The position numbers and the translations under genes are program-made. The notes under the pieces are model-generated. The model made no database searches. It was not told the origin of the DNA and worked only from the letters and a program-made list of their open reading frames with translations. Below, one piece after another: positions 44,779 to 54,417 of a stretch of DNA of 64,000 bases. Source of the stretch: an uncultured candidate division Zixibacteria bacterium (lineage in GTDB: Bacteria; Zixibacteria; MSB-5A5; UBA10806); assembly GCA_963801605.1 (NCBI GenBank), contig CAWDFP010000011.1:64001-128000 (forward strand). Reading direction: 5' to 3'. Every line of letters begins with the position of its first letter. Within the stretch, counting starts at the first letter, position 1.

Positions 44779-46645
44779 ATGGCCTCCGACCTGTACAATG
44801 AGACTGCGTATCGGCAATTTGTCGAGAACGTAAGGCCAACTTTCAAAGGCAGTAATATAGAAGAATATTCGATGCGCAAGCTGCGCGCTCTGTCGATCAA
44901 AACCGGCACAAAAACCATATTCGGCTCGTGGGGCTGGCGCAGCGCCGTTTCCAGCCGTATCGGCCCGCGGACAGTTTATCTCGGCTCGCCGTCGGTGCGG
45001 CTGCCCAAGCTGACCGATCTGATGCGCGGCTTTGTCGAAAATGCCCCCGAGGAACTGCATAAAGTGTCTCAGGTGATGCGCGATCTGCCGTTTGTCCATG
45101 TCCGTCGCCAGATGGGCGATAACCCCGAATTCAATCCGATTTGCAATCTGTATATGTCGGTGTCCGATCCCAAGCTTTACCGCACCGCCTACCTGTGGGC
45201 CAACACCATGGGCGATGTCAACCCCAAACGCCCCGGCCCGGAATTCACCATGATCCATATCCCCGAGGAACATCCGATTCGTCAGCAGGTGCTCTCACTT
45301 CCCGAATACAATATGAATATCTGCCTGGGAAGCGACTATGTCGGCGAGGATAAGAAGGGATTCCTTCGGCAGGCGATGTGGGCCGCCGACCAGCGCGGCA
45401 TGCTGGGTCTTCACGCCGGCACCAAAGTTGTCTTCATCAAAGACCCGATATCGGGCAAGCTCAGAAAATTCGGCGTGCTGTTGTTCGGTCTCTCGGCCAC
45501 CGGTAAATCGACCTGGTCATGCCATCAGCTTGGGCTGAACTACAAGGAAGGCGAGATGACCCAGGTCTGCCAGGATGATATCGTTTTCCTGCGCAAGGAT
45601 GGTTCCGCATTCGGCTCCGAGCGCGGCTTCTATGTCAAGACCGATGTCGATGTCAAGCTGCAGGAGGCGATGTATTACGCTCTGATCGATAAGACCGCTC
45701 TGTATGATAATGTCATGATCGATGCCAACGGCCGTCCCGATTTCCTCGATGAGCGTCTCAACGCCAACGGCCGCGCGGTGATCAGAAAAGATAAGGTAGC
45801 CATCAAGGTCGGACGAAAACTGGTTCCGATCGAGTCCGAGAGCATCAATCTGCCGCCGCTCGAGGAGCTCGACGGCCTGGCGTTCGCGTTTATTACGCGC
45901 CGTCATACGATCATGCCGTTTGCGCAGAGGCTGAATCTGGAGCAGGCGGCGTTGGCTTATCTCTGGGGCGAATCGACTCACAGCTACGCTTCCGAGCCGG
46001 CCAAGGCGGGCGAATCGGTCCGCACAGTCGGCACCGATCCGTTTATCATCGGTTCGCGCGGCTTCAAGGTCAACCGCTTCTATGAGATCATCAAGGGTCT
46101 CGATGCCAAGTACCCCGGCAAGCTGATGTTCTTCCAGTACAACACCGGCGGCGTCGGCGAGATTTTGGAACGCACCGAGGTTGGCGGGCAGATCAAGAAG
46201 AATCTGGTGCGCAAGGCGGTGCGAGTGCCAATCGAACTCATGGCGGCGATTGCAGCGCGGCGATCTGCGCGGCACCAATAAGTATCAAGCAGTGCATTTT
46301 CGGCACCGAGGAGGTTATCGAGACCGCGGCGGCGACCTGACCCCGTTTGACCCGCACAAGTTCTATTCGCAGGAGCAGATCGATTTCTATCTGACCGATA
46401 TTGTCAATGGCCGCAAGAAATTCACCGACGAGATCAACGCCGAGGGGCTGAACCCCGATATCCTCAAGGCGGCTGAGAAATCGTTCGCCGATCTCGCCCA
46501 AGGAGAAGCCGAAATTTGTCTCTCCGGGCATGGATCTCGGCAAGGGCGCGACAGAAGCCGGGGATCGACACCTCGCCACCCGCGTTCGATCTTCTCCGAC
46601 CTCCCGCCGGTCACCCGACCGCCGCGACGGTTTGCGGGGAGGTAG
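44779..46645 (+). CDS. Phosphoenolpyruvate carboxykinase (ATP-type family, divergent), 3' end frameshifted
   Basis: GSDYVGEDKKG.LR, LGLHAG.K, FGLSATGKST, QDDIV, GSE.GFYVKT, N.NGRAVI, YNTG. Confidence 0.8.
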
Positions 46646-46740
46646 AATAGAATAAGGTTAATAAGCCGCCGGGTTTGAAAGGATTCGGCGGTTTGAATTT
46701 TAGAAACAGTGCCAACTACAAAATGATAAAAGGAATTAGC

Positions 46741-47556
46741 ATGGCTGAAGAGCAAATGCCGCAGACTCTTTATAAGTATATTTCTTGGAATAATGAACAT
46801 CATAGAAAGATTTTAACAGTAAACAAGATATTCTTTAGCTCTGCAATTAGATTTAACGACCCATTTGATAGTTCGCCTGATAGTATACGATTTGAAGATC
46901 TAAGTGAAGATGAGATACTGGAGACTTATCAACAAGGTCTAAACAATATTATTCCCAATATAAGCGATAAGTCTCGAAGGGAATTAGCAGAACAAATAAA
47001 ACAGAATGACGCCGAACTCTATAGAAGAATTATTGCTAATACACGTAAGCGGAATATAGATATGATATATAATGAAGTTGGAATATTCTCAGCTTCAAAA
47101 TTTGACGATAACATCCTTATGTGGGCGCATTACTCGAATTCTCATACCGGAATTTGTATAGGTTTAGATTTTAAAAAGCTTTCAGAATTCTTAATAAGTC
47201 ATTTTCATGCTAATTCACTTACTATTGCCCGTTCAAATGTAACGTATAGAGAAAATATGCCATATATTAAGGCAATTCCTTTAGAAGATGAAAGTGCGGA
47301 AATAATCTTAACAACTAAGGCGAAATTTTGGGAATATGAAGGTGAATGGCGTTTTATTTGTTGGGGAAAAACTGATGTTGAAGTAACATTGCCTGATGGC
47401 ATAATATCTGAGGTTGTTTTTGGATGCAAAACATCGCAAGATCATAAGGTTGAAATAATTAATCATCTTAAAATGAAAAATACCAAAATCAAATTAAAAG
47501 AGGCTTGCCCGAATCCAAGAGAATTTATTCTTGATCTTAAAAACATAAGCTATTGA
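46741..47556 (+). CDS. DUF2971 domain protein
   Basis: LYKY, FNDPFD, NILMWAHYSNSHTGICIG, K..FWEYEGEWR, I.EVVFG; AT-rich. Confidence 0.85.
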   Translation: MAEEQMPQTLYKYISWNNEHHRKILTVNKIFFSSAIRFNDPFDSSPDSIRFEDLSEDEILETYQQGLNNIIPNISDKSRRELAEQIKQNDAELYRRIIANTRKRNIDMIYNEVGIFSASKFDDNILMWAHYSNSHTGICIGLDFKKLSEFLISHFHANSLTIARSNVTYRENMPYIKAIPLEDESAEIILTTKAKFWEYEGEWRFICWGKTDVEVTLPDGIISEVVFGCKTSQDHKVEIINHLKMKNTKIKLKEACPNPREFILDLKNISY

Positions 47557-47718
47557 AGCGAGAGAGCAGGCCGGGAGGCCTGCCGCCCAAAAAATGCAAT
47601 TTTATGCTTTACATTTGGGATGTGCCTTATTATACTTGTTTCACTGAAACTTGGTGTTGAGAGTGACGAAGTTGTCATTAAAACTAAGTTTAAAGGGCCT
47701 TTAAAGTGGAGGTACAGT

Positions 47719-47967
47719 ATGAAAGGTGATACTACAAAATTCACTAAAACAACGCTTCTATATGACGATCCAAAGGACGGTTTTGCTATCGCAAAAGGAA
47801 TTTGGGATGGCCAAGAAACGGCTATAGGAGCTAGATGGTATGAGGAGGGTGGCCTAGGATATCCTCAGACGTACGGAAAACCCCAATGGTTTATTTTTCC
47901 TCAGAATATTGGAAAGATTATTGAATTTGTGCTATCGATATTAAAAACAGTTAAAAATATGGCATAG
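47719..47967 (+). CDS. Small hypothetical protein (82 aa)
   Basis: GGAGG RBS before ATG 47719; protein-like W....IGARW...GYP...G.PQWF pattern. Confidence 0.65.
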   Translation: MKGDTTKFTKTTLLYDDPKDGFAIAKGIWDGQETAIGARWYEEGGLGYPQTYGKPQWFIFPQNIGKIIEFVLSILKTVKNMA

Positions 47968-48136
47968 TTGCAATATCCCAAGTTTCAGTATTTTTTTCGA
48001 GCCATTAGGAGTCCAATCCTGATGGCTCTTTTGTGTAGCTCTCCAGCTTATCCCTTTGACCCGAATTGGGCCTGGTCGAGCCCAAATAAAAACCGGGGAC
48101 CGCAGGGGTCCCCGGCTACAAAAATACCAATAATTA

Positions 48137-48490
48137 TTAGGCTAAAGGCAACTGTGCTGGAGTCGTAAAATCTCCGACCAAATGGCTTACATAACCTCCT
48201 GCGAAGGATTTAATCGCGACTTTTTTGTCATTATCCAATTGGCTATATTTATATATTAACCAAACAATACCAATTATTACCAGCAAGATAAAAATGCTAT
48301 GCCATATCTTTCGATGAGTGCATGAAGTTGCTGGCTCAAGAATATCAGGCAATATTCCACCAATTAAACCGAGCAAAGCACAAAAACCAATACCTTTACC
48401 ACTAATATTCTCCTTGTTTCTCCTCTGATTCTCCACATAGATTCCGGCTCCCGTAATTGCGCCAAGAGCCAAATGCGTTTTTCCTTTCAT
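48137..48490 (-). CDS. Membrane-bound metal-dependent hydrolase (YdjM-like)
   Basis: TH, LPDILEP, HRKIWHS, SHLVGD motifs between TM segments. Confidence 0.8.
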   Translation of the reverse strand: MKGKTHLALGAITGAGIYVENQRRNKENISGKGIGFCALLGLIGGILPDILEPATSCTHRKIWHSIFILLVIIGIVWLIYKYSQLDNDKKVAIKSFAGGYVSHLVGDFTTPAQLPLA

Positions 48491-48746
48491 TCAATTCCTT
48501 TCTGTTTAATGTTTCTAAATAATACAAATAATGGCGGGCAAAATAATAGGATATCTGAATGGTTGATGTCAATATCAATTTGGATAAATCGTATAAGATA
48601 TTCTATTTCAAGCAGTTCTTAGCCGTAGGTCAGGTCGCCTGCGACCTGACTCTTTGATTTAATGTCAGGTGCCAGGGCACTGAGCTTTACCTGATAAACT
48701 GGACACCAAACTAAGCCTAGTTTATAATTAGGCGGGAGGTGTCAAG

Positions 48747-49052
48747 ATGAAGGGGATTCGGCGGCAATATGATCGGGCCTTTAAGCTTTCGGCGGTGAGG
48801 CTTCTATTAAGTTCGGATAAGCCACTGATACAGGTCGCCAGGGGGCTTGGTATCTCTGGTAGCATGCTTCGCAGATGGCGGGAGCAGGTCCAGGAGCGTG
48901 GAGGAGAAGCATTCTCTGAGTCAGGCCGAATGGAGCGAAGGGAGATATTGCGTCTTCAGCGGGAGAATCGGGAGCTTCGCCGGGAGAATGAGATTCTAAA
49001 AAAAACTCTGGGCTTCGAGAAGCCGGCAAAAGGGAGAGGTACCGGGCAATAG
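48747..49052 (+). CDS. IS3 transposase OrfA
   Basis: RRQYDRAFKLSAV HTH and E...L.RE...LRRENEILKK coiled coil; A8 run near 48998-49005 is the likely -1 slip site. Confidence 0.9.
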   Translation: MKGIRRQYDRAFKLSAVRLLLSSDKPLIQVARGLGISGSMLRRWREQVQERGGEAFSESGRMERREILRLQRENRELRRENEILKKTLGFEKPAKGRGTGQ

Positions 49053-49084
49053 CGGCCCAGGCGGGTGAATATTCGGTTCGGGAG

Positions 49085-49897
49085 TTGTGCAGTCATTTAG
49101 GTGTATCCGCCAGTGGTTATTATGGCTGGCTGAGGGGTGGGACAAGCAGGCGACAGCGGGAGAACGAGGGGCTTTTGAAAGCGATCAGGGAGATTCACAA
49201 ATCAGTTCGAGAGACATATGGCAGTCCTCGGATGAGGGCGGAGCTTCTCTCCCGGGGCTACTTATGCGGGCACAACCGGGTGGCTAGACTCATGAGCGAG
49301 GGTGGTATTATATCCAGAATGACGCTACGCTTTAGACGGCTTACCAAGGCCGGGAAGAGGCGTCCTGCGGCACCCAATCTTTTAGACAGGAAGTTTGCAG
49401 TTGCCACGGCCAACTCTGTCTGGGCTTCGGATATTACCTACATTCCCACTTCCGAGGGGTTTTTATACTTGGCGGTAGTAATGGATCTGTACAGCCGAAC
49501 AGTGGTTGGTTGGGGGATGTCATCGAGGCTGACGCCTGACCTAGTTGCATCTGCTTTACGACAGGCCATAGATAAGCGAGAGATTAAACCGGGGCTCGTG
49601 CATCACAGTGATCGGGACATGCTCTACTCCAGCTACCTCTATCAGGGTCTTCTCTCAGACAATGAGATTACCTGTAGTATGAGCCGCAAGGGCAATTGTT
49701 ATGATAATGCGGTGGTGGAATCGTTCTTTGGGAGCCTAAAGAATGAGTTTTGCGCTTTCGAGCACTTTGAAAGCCGAAACGAAGCCACCATAAGGATATT
49801 TGAGTGGATTGAAGCGTTTTACAATAGAGTCAGACGCCATTCAACATTGGGATATTTAAGCCCGTTTGACTACGAGAGCAAAAACGCTTATGCTTAA
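49085..49897 (+). CDS. IS3 transposase OrfB (DDE), in the -1 frame relative to OrfA
   Basis: YGSPRM, WASDITYI, DLYSR, HHSD, GNCYDNAVVESFFGSLKNE, YNRVRRHSTLGYLSP. Confidence 0.93.
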   Translation: MCSHLGVSASGYYGWLRGGTSRRQRENEGLLKAIREIHKSVRETYGSPRMRAELLSRGYLCGHNRVARLMSEGGIISRMTLRFRRLTKAGKRRPAAPNLLDRKFAVATANSVWASDITYIPTSEGFLYLAVVMDLYSRTVVGWGMSSRLTPDLVASALRQAIDKREIKPGLVHHSDRDMLYSSYLYQGLLSDNEITCSMSRKGNCYDNAVVESFFGSLKNEFCAFEHFESRNEATIRIFEWIEAFYNRVRRHSTLGYLSPFDYESKNAYA

Positions 49898-50107
49898 AAC
49901 AGTGTCCAGTAAATCGGGTAAACATCACACCTGACCTACGGGGTTTTGCGATTTGGTTAGCGATCAGGTTCGGGGACCTGACGCCACAACAGGGGACCTG
50001 GCACCACATAAAAAATAACTGGCTATAATCCTGTATCATTTACTATACTGCCGGTCATTAAAGTAACCGGGGGAATACCGGATAAGATTCAAACTTAGGA
50101 GGACTAC

Positions 50108-50774
50108 ATGAAAAACACGATTAAGATTCTAATTCCACTTGCATTGATTGCAACGATTTTTGCCTGCAGCAAAGACAAAACCAACAACTCTACGCCCCCC
50201 CAGCAACACATTTCGCATTGTCACCACGGTCACCGGTGTCGGCCTTGACAGCACCCTGAGCGGGTCGGCCACGTTCACTGTGACCAACAACACAACTGTG
50301 GCAGGCTTATTCCGAATCGTCACTCCGGATACGGCGTCTCATAACCTCGTTGGCACCTATATCGATACCCTCGGTGTCAATATCTTAGCGGCGTCGGGCG
50401 GCGGCTACAATTTCAGCGGCTATGTGAACGATACGACCGGGCAATTCCGGGGCGTAGCATCGGGCGCGGCCAACGCTCTGGTTATAGGAGCCCGCGACGA
50501 TGACAACACATCAATAGCTTATTGCGGCACCTTCACCGGCACTGACCACGGCACCTGGAATTTTACAGTCGAGGGCAACTCGGTTTGGGGTTCGTATTCG
50601 CCTGTTGGCGGCGATGGTGGAATACTTGAGGGAACGATTACCGGAAACGTCATTACGCTCAATGAGGACGGTGTGCAAGTCGCCACCGGCACCAAAAGCG
50701 GCGATAATGTCACCGGCACCTGGAACAACGGCAATGGCGGCAGCGGCGCCTGGACCGGTTCGCGCTGTAACTAA
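50108..50774 (+). CDS. Gly/Thr-rich beta-strand lipoprotein, frameshift in a C7 run at ~50195-50201
   Basis: AGGAGG RBS; MKNTIKILIPLALIATIFAC lipobox from ATG 50108; continues into ORF 50148-50774. Confidence 0.7.
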
Positions 50775-50796
50775 ATTAATTTTAACCTAAGCATTT

Positions 50797-51046
50797 ACGG
50801 CAGGTTTCAGATCATTTTGATCAAAGCCTGCCGTTTTTGTTGGGTAGGCGAGGCTGTCAGCTAGTTATGTCGGGTTTCTCGTCCAAGGGACTCCGAACCC
50901 GACCTACATCCCACTTTTCAGTTGGCGCACGGGGACGTACGCCAACCACAATACATAAAAGTTCCGTCAGGTCTTAGACGCCGAAGGAGACGTGACCTGA
51001 CGGATTTGCCGTTAAAAAAAACCGAGGTCCCAATCGAACCCCGGTT
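50797..51046. repeat. Cluster of five palindromes (terminator-like and REP-like) between convergent genes
   Basis: ACGGCAGG/CCTGCCGT, GTCGGGTT/AACCCGACCTAC, GTTGGCG/CGCCAAC, CCGTCAGGTC/GACCTGACGG, AACCG/CGGTT. Confidence 0.65.
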
Positions 51047-51092
51047 ATGATTCTGTGGGACTTCGAACTGCCACATTTCGCATTTCCAACTC

Positions 51093-52178
51093 TTAGGGTA
51101 TTCTGTATACCATCGAATTAATATTCATCCCCGCCCCGACCGAGGCGAAGACGATAATATTGCCGCTGTGCAGGGGATGATCGTGCATCTTGCCCTTAGT
51201 CATCATATCGAGCAGCGTGGGCAGGGTGGCCACCGAGCTGTTGCCCAGACGGGAGATGATCATCGGCATGATATGCACCGGGGCGCTGTCGTCGCTGTAT
51301 TTGCTGTAGATGCGACGTAAAATTGCCTCATCCATCTTGGCGTTCGCCTGATGAATCAGAATCTTATCGACATCACCAAGCGCTACGCCAGCCTTATCCA
51401 GGCTCTCTTTCACCACCGATGGCACCGTGCTGATCGCATACTGGTACAGCTTGTGGCCGTCCATCTTGAGATAGATATTATCATCATTGGATTCGGGATT
51501 ATAGCTCTTAGCCATCCATAGCATAAAGGCGTGATCGAGGGTATCGGACCTGGTGACATGCGAAAGCACCCCTACGGGCTGGGAGCTTGTCCTGGCCTCC
51601 AATATCGCGGCGCCGGCGCCGTCAGCGTAGATCATGCTGTCGCGGTCGTGAGGATCGGATACCCGCGAGAGAGCCTCCGAGCCAATCACCAGCGCCTTTT
51701 TGGCGTCACCGGATTTGAGATAGTAATCGGCCTGGATCATGGCCTGCAGCCAGCCGGGGCATCCAAACGGGAGATCGTAGGCAACCGTTTTAGGGTTTTC
51801 GATGCGGAGCTTATGTTTGACTCGCGCAGCCAGGCTGGGAACGAAATCGGATCGTCTATTGGATGCTTTAACATCGCCGAAATTATGAGCGACTATTAAA
51901 TAGTCGAGACTTTCTTTGTCTGTTTTCGATGATTCCAAGGCGTCACAAGCCGCCATATAGGCCATATCGGATGTGACCAGATCATCGGTGATAAATCTGC
52001 GCTCGATTATGCCGGTTATTTCCTCGAGCTTTTCGATTATCTCGGTGTTCGATTTATCGAATTTCTTGCCGTCCGGATCATAAAACTCGCGGCTTTCGAA
52101 ACTTTCATTCGGAATTTCCCTGGCAGGTATATAGCTGCCCGTACCGGTAATAATGGAGCGAATCTGATTATCAGTCAT
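51093..52178 (-). CDS. fabH: 3-oxoacyl-ACP synthase III family protein
   Basis: ITGTGSYIP, TGI.ERR, FGCPG (Cys), DGAGA, IHQAN (His), GNSS (Asn), SVGAG. Confidence 0.9.
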   Translation of the reverse strand: MTDNQIRSIITGTGSYIPAREIPNESFESREFYDPDGKKFDKSNTEIIEKLEEITGIIERRFITDDLVTSDMAYMAACDALESSKTDKESLDYLIVAHNFGDVKASNRRSDFVPSLAARVKHKLRIENPKTVAYDLPFGCPGWLQAMIQADYYLKSGDAKKALVIGSEALSRVSDPHDRDSMIYADGAGAAILEARTSSQPVGVLSHVTRSDTLDHAFMLWMAKSYNPESNDDNIYLKMDGHKLYQYAISTVPSVVKESLDKAGVALGDVDKILIHQANAKMDEAILRRIYSKYSDDSAPVHIMPMIISRLGNSSVATLPTLLDMMTKGKMHDHPLHSGNIIVFASVGAGMNINSMVYRIP

Positions 52179-52420
52179 GAATAATTATCCCTTTAACTCT
52201 TGATGTGGATATCCCACCATACAAACCAAACGACCGTTATAAATATTAATAAAGTAGCTCCCATAATTCAAGTGATTAATGTTTGATGGACAACAGACAT
52301 TATCATAAAAATCTTATTAAAAACGGAATATCTTTTGGACGGATATCTTGCGAATGCTTTTTTAATCACAAAAAAGCCGGGGACCATGATAGTCCCCGGC
52401 CGGAGCACAAACCCCAATTA

Positions 52421-53278
52421 TCAGGACAAACTGAGCGTTTCAAACTCGGTATTTATGGCATCATGCTCTCTTATAGTGAGAGTCTTGCCGGGCTGCGAGA
52501 GCATCAGTTCGGGCATAGTAATCGCCGAAAGATCGGTGATCTGCGCGGGGGCAACATTATCGCCTGTAGTCCCGCTGGGAACATTAGACAGGCCCGACCA
52601 GTTGGGCACCTCATCGGCGGTCTTCATCGCAAAATAGTAGGTTCGATTCGATTGCAGACCGGTTACTATGAACGTCTGCTGAGTGCCGGCAATCTGAGGC
52701 GTTGGTTCGCCGGTGCACTGAGTTGCCGAGGACCAGTTGGCATCAGTTATCGGCGACGTTGAATATCTGATATCATACTGGCTGGCAGTACCGGAACCGC
52801 TGTCGTCACCCGGAGCAGTCCATGTCAATCTAAGGGAGCTGCTGGTAGGATTTGAGGTGATTAGATCGGCAATATTGCGTGGAGGAATCGATTCGGGCGC
52901 TGTAATGCCGGTAGCGATATTGGAAAGGGGCGACCAGTTCGGAACTTCATCGCCGGTTTTTATGGCAAAATAGTACCTGGTAGCGGATTGTAGGCCTGTC
53001 ACGGTATATGTTTGGGCAGATCCGGCTGCTAATGGCGTCGGTTCGCCGGTTACCTGAGTTGCCGATGGCCAGTTGGCATCGGTGATAGTCGATGTCGAAT
53101 ACCTGATATCGTACTGGCTTGCCGTTCCGGACGTACTGTCATCGCCCGGCGCGGTCCAATGCAATCTTATCGTACTCGAAGTTGAATCGCTGGCAATAAC
53201 TCCGGCTTTAGCTGCCGGCATTAATGCAACAATGAATGCCAAAATACTTGCCATCCTCGCAAAGTAATTCTTTTTCAT
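52421..53278 (-). CDS. Secreted protein with two tandem fibronectin type III domains
   Basis: Two near-identical ~103-aa units L.WTAPGDD...GTASQYDIRYST..ITDANW...VTGL....YYFA.KT.DEVPNWS.LSN; GAGGAG RBS. Confidence 0.88.
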   Translation of the reverse strand: MKKNYFARMASILAFIVALMPAAKAGVIASDSTSSTIRLHWTAPGDDSTSGTASQYDIRYSTSTITDANWPSATQVTGEPTPLAAGSAQTYTVTGLQSATRYYFAIKTGDEVPNWSPLSNIATGITAPESIPPRNIADLITSNPTSSSLRLTWTAPGDDSGSGTASQYDIRYSTSPITDANWSSATQCTGEPTPQIAGTQQTFIVTGLQSNRTYYFAMKTADEVPNWSGLSNVPSGTTGDNVAPAQITDLSAITMPELMLSQPGKTLTIREHDAINTEFETLSLS

Positions 53279-53348
53279 TTTACTCCTCGCTCTCATCATA
53301 ATGTTGCTTGCTAGATTTCCTGCGTTCACACTCTCCGCAGTAAACCTA

Positions 53349-53364
53349 TGCAAAAACCAAACCA
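53349..53364 (-). promoter_or_regulatory. Candidate sigma54 -24/-12 promoter of the Fn3 gene
   Basis: TGGTTTGGTTTTTGCA (GG-N10-GC) about 70 nt upstream of the ATG. Confidence 0.4.
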
Positions 53365-53755
53365 AGCCAATATAAATAAATTATGTTATATAAATCAAAG
53401 AGTTATATAAATGGAATATAAATATATTCTGGGACTAAGGCCTCAAAACTTGTGCTATTATTGGAATTTGTTCACTAATTAATCAGGATAATTATGACAT
53501 TTAAAGCCTGACAGGCGTCATAAGTTTAAGTCTATTAGAATATTGTAGAATTTGTTTGAAATGGCGAATCAGCACTCTATTCGCAAAATAGTGACTAACG
53601 ATTCAGACTGAAACAATATGGGTCGATTAAATATTTGTTAATATAGTGTAACTTATCCGAAATAATTAGAGTTTATTGATATTAGTAGAAACAAATGTTA
53701 CTACTAACGATATACATGAAAAGATAAGCGAAATTTGGATTTATATGGGGGCTCA

Positions 53756-54277
53756 ATGAAACCGGTTGAAATTCTATTAGTCGAGGATGATCCGGGTGAC
53801 GTTAGATTAACCGCCGAGGCATTGAAGGAAAGCGGGTTTCCGTTTCATCTCAGCGTTGCCAATGACGGTGATGATGCGCTCAATCGACTTTATAAAGTTG
53901 GCAAATATTCAAATCAACCAACTCCCGAATTGGTTTTACTCGATCTCAACCTTCCGACACTGAGCGGTAAGGAAGTTTTAAAAATAATCAAACACGATAA
54001 CATCCTAAGCCAGATTCCGATCATTGTCCTGACAACGTCCAAAGACGAAGACGATATTAATGCCTCATACAATCTTCATGCCAACTCCTATATAACCAAA
54101 CCGACAGATCTGGATCGGTTTATTGAAATCATCAAGATGACCGAAAACTACTGGGTTAATATCGCCAGGCTGCCGTCGAAAGCCGCAAATAACGAATCGA
54201 ATCAAATCGAGGTTAAAAAAGATGAACTGCCGAAAGGGTCGGTCAAAGTAACTGCCGGACCCGATCGACATAATTGA
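53756..54277 (+). CDS. Single-domain response regulator (Rcp1-like)
   Basis: ILLVEDD, LVLLDLNLP, IVLTTS, ANSYITKP, YW. Confidence 0.9.
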   Translation: MKPVEILLVEDDPGDVRLTAEALKESGFPFHLSVANDGDDALNRLYKVGKYSNQPTPELVLLDLNLPTLSGKEVLKIIKHDNILSQIPIIVLTTSKDEDDINASYNLHANSYITKPTDLDRFIEIIKMTENYWVNIARLPSKAANNESNQIEVKKDELPKGSVKVTAGPDRHN

Positions 54278-54417
54278 TATATTGGTTGGGTGTTAACTAA
54301 TTATCGGCGCTGGAAGGGGGTCCGGCGCCTTTTTTTATCGATATGGAAATATTTACTTTTCCAAAGTTCCCTTGCCTTTGCTTTTTAATCTAGACTGAGT
54401 TTATATTCCGTCACATT

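Larger units (their letters stand above)
48681..49927 (+). mobile_element. IS3-family insertion sequence, apparently intact
   Basis: TG...CA ends; imperfect IRs TGAGCTTTACCTGATAAACTGGACAC and TGATGTTTACCCGATTTACTGGACAC; 3-bp direct repeat CAC (48678-80, 49928-30). Confidence 0.93.

Noticed and set aside
45517..46278. Long antisense ORFs (here and at 6055-6858, 3004-3582, 37300-37947)
   Set aside because: They lie opposite well-supported genes and show no recognisable motifs
46650..50100. Integron cassette array
   Set aside because: No integrase, the hairpins lack recognisable attC RYYYAAC/GTTRRRY ends, and gene orientations are mixed
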